This document shows positions 1 through 11,890 of a DNA stretch of 64,000 bases, piece by piece (position 1 is the first letter of the stretch; every line of letters begins with the position of its first letter). The notes under the pieces are model-generated. The model did no database searches. It had not been told where the DNA came from and saw nothing but the letters and a program-made list of their open reading frames with translations. The DNA is from Lama guanicoe (Eukaryota): positions 944,524-1,008,523 of the forward strand of contig MU053873.1 in the NCBI GenBank assembly GCA_013239625.1, in the 5' to 3' direction. The translations under genes and the position numbers were made by a program.

Positions 1-2861
1 GCCGTGCGGGCGGGGCCGTGCCCAGGCGCGCCCCACGGGTTTGGCCTAGGGGCCAGGGCAGCTGTGCTTGCTAGTGGTTTGATCTTTGCGGGTTTCCGAA
101 CAACTGGAAGCTTGAGCCAGAGCCCACACTTCAGAAGTTACAGCAACCTGGTTACCGCACTCACACCCAGAGAGGGACCTCGACCCTGTTCTGACATGGG
201 GGGCTGGGGGTGGGGTTCTGGGGGTTCATTCCTCCTCCTTCTCAGGGAAGAACACGGGCACCATGTGCCTCATAGAGAGGCCAGGAGACCCAGGTCCCGG
301 CTGGCGGGGGTGGCGCACACTAGGGAGGCAGCACGCACAAGGATGAGGAGGGCACACAGCCTCCTCCACGCTCTGTCACCCCAGGGCTGGGGCTCTGGGC
401 AGGATGTTTTCAGAGCCCCATCCATTATGGTCCCCGAAGCCCCTACCCTCCTTCTTTCCTAAGCTTCTGTGTGATCTGTAACATGCTTTTCTCAGGGTCA
501 CCCTTTCCAGTCACCTCCAGCCCCCACTTTATCTCCTCCTTCGAAGCTTCAGTGAACACCTCCCCTCTTCTGGGACAATTTACATCTCCGTGTTTACTTA
601 GCCACAGGGGGCCTGGGGGAGGCGGCTGACAGGTTCCAGCCAAGGCCACAGCTGGATTGTGTTTGTGGAGGGCAACCTGGGACAATTTATGGCGTCTCCC
701 CAATGCTGTCCTGAGGCCGGTGTAGGTGTCCCGGGGCTGTTCCCGGGACAGTAAGTGGATCCAGGGGCACTGGGCTGTGCCAGGGCTGGCAGGAAGGAGC
801 GCCCTGGGGTCACAGCACTTCCGGGACCTCCGAAAAAGGGCTGCTTCAGCTGCTCAGACGGCACACAGTGACCCTTCACCGTGACCCAAGTGTGAGGAGG
901 GCAGGGTGGGCAGGTGGGCCGAGGGGCTGCACCAGAGGCCAGTGGTCAGAGTAAGCCCAACTGCCTCCCGGTCAGGCGAGCCCCTCCCAGGCGGAATCCC
1001 ACATTCCCTCTGTGCTGCACAAGGACCTATTCCCAGCACGGGGCCCTTTGTGACCACACGTACCTGACACTTGTGTTTGAGAGGAGATTCCATACAGGCC
1101 GGGAATAGCTTAGAGGGGAGACGGCACATGGCAGTATATTCCAGGGGTCCCTGGATGCAGCCGGCCTGTCTCCAGACTTGGGGCCGGTGGACAGCTGCTC
1201 CAGGGTAACGCCCTCTCCAGATCAAAGCACGAAGACAGCCTTGCGGCTCGGTGCCCGTGGCCTCAGCCGGTGCCGGGGCAGTGCCCCCGCCCTCCTGTGG
1301 ACACACTGCATTTCTCCCCGAATGCCCTCTGCCTGCCAGCTCCCAGCATCTCTCCTGGTTGGCCCTGTCTTTCTGGGGGCCAGGCGCAGACGGGTTGCTG
1401 GCAGAACCCTAGGGAAGGCCGCTTTTGGAAACCTGGGGAGGCAGGCAGGCAGGCAAAGTGCCCCAAGGAGGAAATCGGGGAGGCAGGAGGCCCAGCAAGG
1501 CCCAAGGCCCAGTGCCTGTGGGAGAGCCACGCTCCAGCAGAGCCCAGGCCTGGCCTTTGGAGGCACAGGTGCTGTTCCCAGCTGCTGTAGACAAAGCTGG
1601 CTTTTGACAGCGGGCCGTCTAAACAGGAGGTGGCACCAACTCACACAGCCCACAGCCGCCGCAGCTGCAGCTCTCAATCTTAGGAGGCCTTTCCTCAGAG
1701 GGTCTCCAGTTCCCAAACCCACCCTCCCCCTTGCACGCCACTCTGTGGGTTCCCCTCCCCATCTGGGGGGCAGGATGGTGTGGGACCAGGAACAAGAGCC
1801 CTCTCCTTCCTGGCCGAGCCATTCCAGACCCTACTCTGTCCCCATAGGAAGGGGCACAGAGGCCCAGAGAGCACAAGCTGGGGAGTATCTTTCATCCTTT
1901 TTAAAAATGAGGGACACTAAGGGAGGGACTGCTGGCACCCACCTCACACGATGCTGCCTGGATGCTAAACCACAATGTTTATACTCCCTGTTCTGAACTG
2001 AGAGTCAGCTTAGAGCCATGCGGACGGGGCCTGGCTCAGGATCTGCAGGACCACGAGATGCTCAGGGGAAAGGCCAGGCAAACCCAGTCCCACGGGGAGT
2101 TAGGGAGCACCCAGAACGCTTTCAGCAGAGTCTGCTGTGTGAACAGGTGAATAGATGTCTTCTATGACCACTCCTCAAACTTGCTTTGCTGGTCACCAAG
2201 CTGTGGGAAGAAGCTATAGAAAGAAGCCCGTGTGTGGAGAGTGTCAGGTTCGATGTGAGTGGGGGTTGTCAGATCCACCTTCCAGGCCCCCTAAGGTTGC
2301 AGGAGACCCATCCTCGTCCAGAGCCCAGAGAGCAAACCTGAGTCAGCACAGAGCACGGGCCTCCATCATGCTTTGGGGTTCTAACGCCCAGAGTACTGGA
2401 CCAAGCCAACCCTTGGGAGAGCCTCAGACGTCTCTCCGCCTGGCCCTATTCCAAACCATAAAGATCAGGAGAAAGTGATCTGTGTGTGGACAAAACAGAG
2501 AAGAAGCATCACCTACCCACTCCCTGACAGACATCTGGAACGTACCTGAGCCCAAAGCCGGACACGTCACCTCTGTCATCCCAGCCCCACTATCCTAACA
2601 CCCCCACCCAGTCCCAGATCAGAGAGAGAGAGAGGCAGGAGGGGGGGACCACAGGGCCTTGAGTCTCTCCTAAGTGCAGCTGATGAAGCAGGATGAAGCC
2701 AGGCTACGCCTGCCTGGCCACAGGGAGCTCCTGTCCGGTCCATAGACGCTGCCCCTGAAGAGGCTGCGAGAGAGTCGGTCAGCAGATACCACGGGACAGG
2801 TGGTCTCCAGGGGCTTCGGACTCAGAGGGGTCTGGTGTCCTGGGCACGGAGTGGGGATCTT
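1..2861 (-). other. KREMEN1: KREMEN1 3' UTR (probably continues beyond window start)
   Basis: Lies downstream of the stop codon. I saw no canonical AATAAA (TTTATT on +) in 1-2861, so the 3' end probably lies outside the window. Confidence 0.7.
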
Positions 2862-3030
2862 TTAGTCACTCACAAGAGGATTACGGTCATCTTGTTGACT
2901 CTGACCCTTGAGCTTCTTCTTAAAGATGGAGATTGATGTAGAAGGCTTATAAAAAATGCTCCAGATCTCCCCAGATGCTCCCGGTTGAGGACAATCCCGA
3001 AGGCCCCCTGTGGCAGGAACGCGATGGGAC
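2862..3030 (-). CDS. KREMEN1: KREMEN1 exon 9 coding part (cytoplasmic tail to stop), 169 nt
   Basis: Acceptor ttttgcttgacag|. Translates SHRVPATGGLRDCPQPGASGEIWSIFYKPSTSISIFKKKLKGQSQQDDRNPLVSD, then TAA at 2864-2862. The nine exons total 1377 nt = 458 aa + stop. Confidence 0.96.
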
Positions 3031-4571
3031 CTGTCAAGCAAAAGCAACTGACTTTTTCAAGCAGAAGAGAACAAAGCGTCCAATACCTCCTACCATCTCA
3101 CAAGATACCTCTACCTGTAAAACAGGACACTTGGTGAGGCGAGGCCTCGGGAAACCCAACAGCTGCCTTTAGAGACCTGAAGGGCTGCCATGCGGACGAC
3201 ACATGTCCTGGGGGATGGCAGCATGGTGGGGCAGAATTGGGCTGGCAGGATCATTTAGACCTGGAAAGGGCTGGCTGTGAGATTGTGAGTTTTCAAAATT
3301 CTTCTTTCTTTTTAAGTAGAAGAACTCTTTTCAAATGACACTGACCTGGAAGCCCACCTAGCTAAACAGGGTAAAAGTAAAACTGCTCTGCATGAAGCGG
3401 GTCCTGCCTTTCCACCGACACCCGCCCAGCCCCCGAGCCAGCCTCTGGGAGATTGCAGAGGAGCCGGTGTGGGTGCTGGACAGAGTCAGATAAGTGGTCC
3501 GGAGCCTCAGCGTGAGGTGAGGTGCGGGGCCCTACAGCGAGCGTCCTGCTCTCCCTGCCGTGGGGGACACGCAGACAGGACCGCGCCCAAGAGGCTTCCC
3601 CAGAATGCGTGCACTGCGACTCAAAAAAAAAAAAAAAGGCAGCTCAGTAAACAATAATGATGTTCTTTCCACTGAAAACTGTAAAGTGCAGTGTGGAGAG
3701 GCCTATGGGTGGTGCCCAAGTGGCCAAGGGCAGCCTTCGGAGGGCAACGGAGGAGCCGGCATTCAATGTACAAAAAAAGCCTGCAGCCAAGAGCCAGGGA
3801 GAAGGTCAGGGAACAGGCAGCTTTTAAGGGACACTGGTGCTCAGGAAGGCCTTGGAAGGGGGAGAGCCTGTGTGTCAATTCTATCTCAATGAAACTAGGG
3901 GAGAATAGGAGACAGCCCGGGCTGGGAACCACAGGAAAGACAGAGCAGGGGCCTAGGGAAAGTGAGAACGCCCCTCTGTAAGTACACAAACGTGTGCAGC
4001 ATGAGCAATCACCCATTTCCTGGAAGGCAGAGCTGTTAACCTGAACAGTGGCAGTAAGGGAGGGAAATGTTTTTCTTCCAAATTGGTCAAAATCGAAGGA
4101 TGAAGCTTTTATAAGCTTCTTACACAATTGTTTTAAAATAATTAATAAGCAATAGTTAATGTTAGAATTCTCTCCCTGACTGTCTCACAGGTTCTAGAAG
4201 GCATCAGGGAAAACGTGCCTGGTGTTGTCCGAGAAACCTCTGTTCTTGTGTTTGTTCTTGTGTTCTTTAAGGGGCCAGCACAAGCCAAAAAAATGGAATT
4301 TGTTCCTTTTTATGCCCAGACTGTTTCAATCCTCCTTGAAATCGCATCCTTTGGACACAGGAACAAACACAATCCCTCAAACCTTAGTGAGATTTGTCCA
4401 GTTGTACATTTCACTCTGCAGAGAGCGAGGAATGTCTCCTGCCTTCTGTCGCCCAGGACCGAGGGCTCTGGAATCATGCGCTGACGTTACAGTTGTGCTC
4501 AGACAAATGAAGCATAGGGGGAGAGGAGCTCCGAGCCGTCCCTCCTGGAGGCGGGCGGCTCTCATACTCAC

Positions 4572-4656
4572 TTGAACGTGATGTGCAGAAGTATCTTTGC
4601 TATAATGGCTGTGACCGTGAGGACGAGGAGTGTTGCCAGGCCATACACCGTCCACC
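4572..4656 (-). CDS. KREMEN1: KREMEN1 exon 8 (transmembrane helix), 85 nt
   Basis: Acceptor tttgcacctgcag|, donor CAA|GTGAGT. Translates (G)WTVYGLATLLVLTVTAIIAKILLHITF(K), a hydrophobic TM segment. Confidence 0.96.
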
Positions 4657-5759
4657 CTGCAGGTGCAAAAGCGGGGGCTGATCAGACTCCGTGAGCTCAC
4701 TTTCCAGAAGGAGGTGTGTGTGAACCCCGAGTGAACCCTGGCGGCACAGAGGCAGGCCTGGCTGAGGAGCTCCCTGCAGGTGGCGACAGCCATGGAACGC
4801 AGCTGCGAGCCGGGCTGGCGCGGGGCCCCAGGCCTTCTGAGCACCTCGCCTTGCTCTAGAGCTCCTCTTGGAGGGAGGCAGGCAGTGTGGTCCAAAGCGC
4901 ACGTGACTCGGAGCTGAAAGGGGATGGTGTACACTCTGTCTCTACCCCTGGAACCACTGTGCAACCATGGATGAGTTACATGAACTCTTCCAGTCTCAGT
5001 TTCCTCATCTGAGGAATGGGCTGTGTGACCTGTGAAATTCTACCAGATACATAACCCACAGGGTACACAGGGAGGGGCTCTCCTCCCTGACCTTCTACTG
5101 GGAGTCCTGCAGGGGAAAGCCGCTAGTCTGCGTAACACTAACACTCTGCAGCTCTACCAGCTCACAAAGACTCCAAATTTCTTGGCAGAAAAGAGAGAGT
5201 GAAAGTTCATACCCCACCAAGTCAGCCAGCTCGAATGGCCAGACCACCACCCACTTTGCCCCTCCTGCAGGACCTTCCCTCACGGTGCCTGTAGCGCTCT
5301 GACTTTTTATTTTGCTGCTTGTCTTCCTCCTCCCACTTGTAAGCCATAGGAGGGCAGGGATCTTGTTTGGTTCACTGGGTAGTCCAGTGCCTACAACAGA
5401 GCCCAGCACCATTAAAGCACTTACATGTCTTCCGAGTGACTGAGTCAACAGAGCTGTGGCGACTGCCGACGCATTTAGGGAGCTACAACTTGGGGCTGCA
5501 GAAAACCCTGCATTAGCTGTCAATCACCGTGTACTAAAGGCACCCGTGCTGGATCTTGGAAGTGAGCACTTTTCCCTAAGGACTAAGGAATCAGCTGAAG
5601 AGAAAATGTCTGAAGCCAGGACAAACAATCTCAGAGCCAGGACCCCCAACCTGCCTCGGAAAGAGAAATACCCAAGAGCACTCTGTTTCTGTCACTGCCA
5701 AGGGCACCGCCTCCAAGCGCTGTGGCTTCCCCCCTTTGATGGTGTCTGGGATCTGCTAC

Positions 5760-5918
5760 CTGGGACGGTCTGGGGCGGGTGGCTGGGGCTGGTGGTGATG
5801 ACGTAGAGGACTTTGGAGGACCGGGCAGCGCTGACACTGAGGTTGGCCTGCTCCGTGATCACCTCGGCCAGTGTCTCGTTGGCAGGGGGCCTCTCCTCTG
5901 GCAGTTCTTCCTTGACGG
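5760..5918 (-). CDS. KREMEN1: KREMEN1 exon 7 (stalk), 159 nt using the proximal donor
   Basis: Acceptor ttttgactttccag|, donor CAG|GTAGCA. Translates (A)VKEELPEERPPANETLAEVITEQANLSVSAARSSKVLYVITTSPSHPPQTVP. Keeps frame with exon 8. Confidence 0.92.
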
Positions 5919-6783
5919 CTGGAAAGTCAAAAGGAATTAACTGGGGGAGAGCCACGGAGACGACAGAGAGGAGGAGGCACTGGGCGTGAGGAGGAGGCAG
6001 TTTTCTCTGATTCAATTTTGGGCTCAGTTCCCTCCAGTGGCTCCGCTGGCTCCAAAGCAGAACCTGCCAGGCTCTGGCTCTGAAGGAGCCACTTGACTGG
6101 CCTCTACAGGGACACCCGAACACACTTTATGGTTTTCCTTCCCTCGTGCCTGGGCAGCCGTGGTCCCTCTGCCTGGAGGGCCCTCTTCCTTCCCATCTAC
6201 CCACCCCAATCCTGCCTGGTCCTCAAGCCTGTCCCACCTGCGGGGAGGCCGCCTCCCTCTGGCTTCCTGTAGCTACACACTGAACTCTTCTAGAGGCCCC
6301 TGACACCCAGGACAAGACCAGGTCTTGGATGCCTGCAGTGTTCTCATGTGTTGGTAAAGAGGTGTGCCCAGCACTCATGTGTTCACATTAGAGGGACAGG
6401 GGAAGCTCCACCTTAGGAGGGTCTGAGGAAAGATGGAAAAACAGTCTTCCAGGACTGGCGGGACGTTCAGAGGCAGGAGGATGGACCAACAATGCCTTCT
6501 TTGGAGAATTCTGATTCTTCCACTCTCAGCTCTTTCTTTTCATTATGCTTTTAACCCTCATGTGAAAACTGTCATGAGAACTATGAAAGTAGTAAAATTG
6601 ACAGGTTTCACCTCTTTTCTGTATTATGAAATGTACACAAGTTATAAAACGGGAGTTGAGAAGAGCTGCAAATCTGGTCTGAGGCTCCTGACTCACACAA
6701 CCGTCCTGGCCTGGCAAGGACCAGCCCAGATCCGCAGGTCACAATGGGGGATGCGGGGAGCCCTGGGAGGCCAGAAGCCTTAC

Positions 6784-7116
6784 CTTGGTATAAGACAGCG
6801 AATCCCTGGGCCTGATTGATGCGATCAGAGAAGAAATACAAGATGACAAAATCCAGAGAGACGTTAAAGGACAGGGGTGGGCGGTTCCTTCCGCTGAAAC
6901 GGACCAGGACATTGTGGGTGTAGCCGTCCAGCAGCTCCACCATGTCTGCGGAATCCCTGATGTCAAATAAGGTGAAGTTGAAGTGGATGTGGGAGGCTCC
7001 CGGGACCCGGATGGTCCAGTAGCAGACCCTCCCTGTGGCGTAGGTGTCGGGAAAGTCAGGGGAGTAGACCACAGAAGTCATGGCCGAGTAATTCCCACCA
7101 CAGGCGCCGACCAGAG
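6784..7116 (-). CDS. KREMEN1: KREMEN1 exon 6 (CUB domain), 333 nt
   Basis: Acceptor tgtctcctgcag|, donor AAG|GTAAGG. Translates LVGACGGNYSAMTSVVYSPDFPDTYATGRVCYWTIRV...FFSDRINQAQGFAVLYQ, a CUB signature. Confidence 0.97.
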
Positions 7117-8339
7117 CTGCAGGAGACAAAAGGACACCAGCCCTCAGCCTGGGGCCTGGCCACAGGGCTCACTTTTCAGCCGGTCACAAACAAAACTTCC
7201 TAACTGATGTGATTCAGTTTGGGATATTGTTTTCTGTCTGTAAAACCAGACTGTCTTATGTTTCAGGATCGAATCACAGAATGAATCACTGAAACCCTGA
7301 ACAAATGACTAGAGGCTTTTTTTTTTTTTTTTTTCACCCAGGAGACCTTCAAGTCAGGGCACAGCACAGCAGTGCAGCCCAGGTTGGGGCTGGGCTGGAG
7401 TCAGAGAGTCTGGGCTCGGGACCTGCTGGGCCATGTGATCCCAGGGGCCACACCTCACATCAGGCCTCTCGCTTCTTTCGGTTTTGAGGGCGGAGAGACC
7501 ACCACCTGCTCCCGTGTCACAAGTGTGTGAGGACAGATGAGATAAAGCACGTGAAAACAGGGGGCCTCTCCGCAGCAGGACACTCCAGGAGGTAAGGTGG
7601 TTAAAAGCCAAGAGTGTCTCCCTGGTACCTTGGAGGTGTCAGTCTCACACAAGGGGCCACACTTGGTTTTCAGGTGGGAAACCGTGGCACAAGGACTGAC
7701 TTTCTGCACAGGGGAGACGCATGAGATCCTGCTGGCTCTGCGCCCCCACACTGGAGGTCTCTGGTCCCCAGTTTCAGCTGGCAGGTTCTGGGAAGGGGAT
7801 ACTACCGCTGCACTGCATCTTATGTGCTCACATGTAAACAAGATCTTGGAAATCAAAGTCCCTGGGAGGGAGCATAGGGCTAGGATTTGAAAAACAGACT
7901 CGGGGGGAGTTCCACCTCCCTTTAGGATATAGAAGCTGCTTCCACCCGAACAATGACAGACGTCTCAGAACTTTGCTTCCACCCATCAGAAACCTGAGCT
8001 CTCCCGACAAGCAAGGGAATTTAATTCTAGAAAGTAAGAAGCCCCTCGGAGGAGAGTCAGGCCACACAGTGTTTCATCTTTGACAGAGCAAAGGAGGAAG
8101 AGGCGGCCGTCATGAAATCAAGTAAGAAGAAAGCAGCTAAAATTTTAGCTAATTTTTAAAGGCTGAATGTGGGCTAGCTTCTCAGTCTAGGTTAGCCTGG
8201 GGCCCAGACACAAGGGGAGTCTGTACTTACTTGCGGGCCATTCTATGCAGGCCTCCACCCAGTGCCCGTGAGAAGTAATGGGGGTGAGCGGGAGACCCAA
8301 GGGCCCCCACTGGGGGCACCAGTGAGCAAGTGGTGATGA

Positions 8340-9710
8340 GTAGGAGTAAAGTAGAAGAAATAACCGAGGAGATAATGGCCAAGAAAACTCTGCAGTTGAT
8401 GAGAGGTAATTGAAGAAACTCAGCAATCTCTAAGTAAATAAATTAAAAAACAAAAATAAAAAAACAAACAAAAAATACACCTAGACACATCATAATCAAA
8501 TCCTGAAAACCAAAACCAGAGAAAGTCCTGAAAGGAGGCAGAAGGAGGGGAAAGGTTACAAGCAAATATAGAGCAGGCATCTCCAGAAACCATGAAAGCC
8601 ACAAGACAAAGGAGCAATGTTTTTGAAGTACTGAAAGGAAAAAAAAACCTGTCAGCATAGAATTCAATATCTAGCAAAATTATTCTTCAAAAATGAAGGT
8701 GAAATATGGCTTTCTCAAACCAAAGCTGAGAGAAGCCATTAACAGCAGACCTGCATTAGAGAAAATGCTAAAGGAACTTCTTTAGGCCAAAAGAGTATGA
8801 TACAGATCGCAAGTAAGAACATGAAAAGGCGTTCAACATCCTTAGAAATTACGGAAATGCAAATTAAAACCACGAGTTACCACTACACACCTGACAGAAT
8901 AGCTAACATTAAAAAACAGACAATACTAAAATTCAGGTGACGATGGGTGCAACTCAAAGTCTCACGTATTGTCAGTCAGAATGCAAAATGGGACGGCCAC
9001 GTCGGAAACCAGCTGGCAGGGTCTCATAAATGCTGAGTACGCACCTAGAAATGCTGTAACCATCAAGTGCTTACCCAGGAGAAATGAAAACACACACTCG
9101 TTCACACAAACACCTGCTCGTGCGTGTCTCTAGCAGCCGCACTGCATCTTCGTCATGGACAGTCTGATGTCTATCGGTTGGTAAATGATGAACGAGTTGT
9201 GATGCAGCTGTATAAAGGCGTGCTTCTTAGCAACAAAAAGAAACTACTGAGGAGGGAAGGTATAGCTCAAGTGGTAGAGCACATGCCTAGCACACATAAG
9301 GTCCTGGGGATTGAACCCAGGACCTCCTCTAAAAATAAATAAATAAACCTAATTACCTTCCCCTCTTAAAAAAAAAAAAAGGAACTACTGAAACAACTGA
9401 AGTGAATCTCAAAAGCATTATTTTAAGTGCGAGAAGCCAAGACACAAATTTTTAAGTATTGTATGATTCCATTTATGTGACATTGTTCAAAAGGCAAAAC
9501 TATACAGCTAGAATCCGGGACCAGTGGTTGCTGAGGTTTGGGGGGGTGGTGACACAAAAGGGCACAAAAGAATTTTTTGAGGTGATGAAAATATCCTGTA
9601 TCTTGACTGTGTATATATTTGCCAAATCTTATTGACCTGTGTAACTAAAAGGGTGACTTTTACTGTATGTAAATTATACCTCAATGAACATAAATTAAAA
9701 AAAAAAGATT
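8340..9710 (+). mobile_element. Old L1 (L1M-type) fragments
   Basis: A-rich L1-like tracts: gaattcaatatctagcaaaattattcttcaaaaatgaaggtgaaat (ORF1 end-like), gaaatgcaaattaaaaccac, tgtatgattccatttat, aaattatacctcaat, and a poly-A end. By-eye call. Confidence 0.7.
9251..9380 (+). mobile_element. tRNA-derived SINE (camelid Vic-1-like), inserted in an L1 fragment
   Basis: GGGAAGGTATAGCTCAAGTGGTAGAGC head (A box), A-rich tail, and TSD core aactactga at 9242-9250 and 9383-9391. Confidence 0.85.
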
Positions 9711-9960
9711 TCCAGGTCTAACCCTGACTTTACCACATACTATGAATTTGAGCAAGATACTTAACTTCTGTATACTTCAGTTTCCTCATCTATAAAATGA
9801 AATTAAGAATGGTTTCTCACTTATGGGGTAGTAAGAATTAAAATGATTTGATACTTGTAAAGTGTTTAGTATAAGATCTGGCACATAGTACAACCTCAGT
9901 TAAGTTTTAGCTACTATAATTATTTGAAAACAATGAAGCATGCAGGTTAAACTGATACTT

Positions 9961-10247
9961 TGTTCTTTTTGTTTTTAATTTTTTTAATTGAAGTATAGTT
10001 GATTTACACTGTTGTATAATTTCTGGTGTACTGCAAAGGGATTCAGTTACACATATATATTCTTTTTCATTATAATTTATTACAAGACATTGACTATAGT
10101 TCCCTGTGCTCTACAGTAGGACTTTGTTGTTTATCTTTTTTTATATATAGTAGTTTGTATCTGCTAATCCCAAACTCCTCATTTATCCCTCACCCACCAC
10201 TGTCTTTCCCCTCTGGTAACCGTAAGTTCGTTTTCTGTCTATGAGTC
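9961..10247 (-). mobile_element. 5'-truncated L1 3' end with TSD
   Basis: Poly-T then ttgaagtatagttgatttaca...tatagttccctgtgct (laurasiatherian L1 3' UTR). TSD ttaaactgatactt / ttaaaccgatattt. Confidence 0.8.
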
Positions 10248-10519
10248 TTAAACCGATATTTCAGCAGCAAAGGCAGACCTTAAACTGAGAACTTTCGACT
10301 CCCGGATGTGCGCTGCCATGCTGGCAGCACATCCAAGTCAGCAATTTTGAGAATAAACACATGACATCTATGACAGGTTATTAAAGTTCAGAGATAATTC
10401 AGGAAATAAACATAATTAAGATCGTAAGGGAACCTGAAATTTAGAAATAGGTTCAAGATCTTATTTTTTTCAAGGGGACATTGGCCTGACACACACAACC
10501 TACGCCTTTCAGCCAATGT

Positions 10520-11130
10520 ATGTCGTTGAAGTATAACTGGAAGCACTGTTTTCCCTCAGTGGTATGTGAAATAAAGTTGTCATCACCCCCAAAAGAAAAC
10601 CTGTGTTTGTCGAGCAGTTGCTTCTCATTCTTGCCCTCCCCTTCGCAACCATTAATCCGTTTTCTGTCTGTATGGATTTGCCTATTCTGGACATTTCTTA
10701 CAAATGGAATCATGAACTACATGGCCCAGTGTGTCTGGTTTCTTTCGCTGAGCATAATGTTTTCAAGGCTCCCCATGTTGTGGCAGGTGTTAGTACTTCA
10801 TTCTCATGGGGGGCTAAATAATACTCCCTTGTGTGGACGTACCACGTTCTGTTTATTCATCAGCGGATGGACATTTGTGTTGTTGCCACTTCTGGGCTAT
10901 TATGAATAATGCTGCTACGAACACTCGTGTATAGGTTTTTGTGGAAACATGTTTTCAATTCTCTCCGACATACAACTAGGAGGGGAATTGCTGGGCCATA
11001 AGGTAATTTTGTTTCACATCTGACGAACTGCAGACTGTTCCAAAGGAGCGGCACCATTTAACGCTTACACCAGCAATGTATGAGGGTTCTAATTTCTCCG
11101 TAGTCTCACCAATACTTATTTCCCATTAAA
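10520..11130 (-). mobile_element. L1M 3' end fragment
   Basis: ggatttgcctattctggacattt...aaatggaatcat...gaataatgctgct...gaattgctgggccata...ccagcaatgtatgagggttc. Confidence 0.75.
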
Positions 11131-11459
11131 AAAAAAAATTAACACCATATTCTGTTTAAAGTCGAACAACGGAGGTGAACCCACACACCCTGCTTTTGTT
11201 TATTTGCCAACTATTCTCCTTTAAACATCAACGAAGGTTCAGACTTTAACAGAGGTGCTAAAACTGAGCATAACAGGAATGCATAGGAAGCCACTGGTCC
11301 TATACAGTCTCCAATAGTCACACAACTAAAAAGACCACCAGGGGTTCTGCTTGCCAGTCCTTCCCTGTCCTCCCCACAAACACACACGCTGTAGACAGCG
11401 TCTAAGCTACAACCTGCAAAAGCATGTTACAAACTTGGGCTGGGTTTCACAGTCACCGT

Positions 11460-11890
11460 TCGTTGTGGCTGAACTGTGTCCTCTGAGGTCTATTCCAGTT
11501 TGGATGCCTGCTCTCTCTGACTCTGACCTTACTGGAAACAGGGTCTTTACAGACGTTATCAAGTTAAATAGACTGGGGTAGGTCTAATCCAATGACTAGT
11601 GTCCTTATAAGGAGATACAGAGTGATGCAGAGGCACAGACACAGAGGTAAGCCGGCCCTGTGAAGGAGGCAGAGACTGGAGTCAAGGAGTGCCAAGGCAG
11701 GCCAGGAACGACCAGAAAGTAGGAAGAGGCAAAGGAAGATTCTTCCCTGGAGCCTTCGGAGGGAGCATGGCCCTGATGACATCGTGACTTTGGACTTCTG
11801 GCCTCTCAAATCAGCAGGGAATAAGTTTCGGCTGTTTATTAAGCCACCCAGTTGGTGATAATTTGTTATGGCAGCCCCAGGACACCACAT
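11460..11890 (+). mobile_element. MLT1 (MaLR) solo LTR
   Basis: ggaaacagggtctttacagacg...taatccaatgactagtgtccttataag...ggagcatggccctg...tttgttatggcagcccc. Confidence 0.75.

Noticed and set aside
4..1996. ORFs of 150-272 aa in the first 2 kb
   Set aside because: They lie in the GC-rich KREMEN1 3' UTR, show no recognisable domain, and overlap in several frames.
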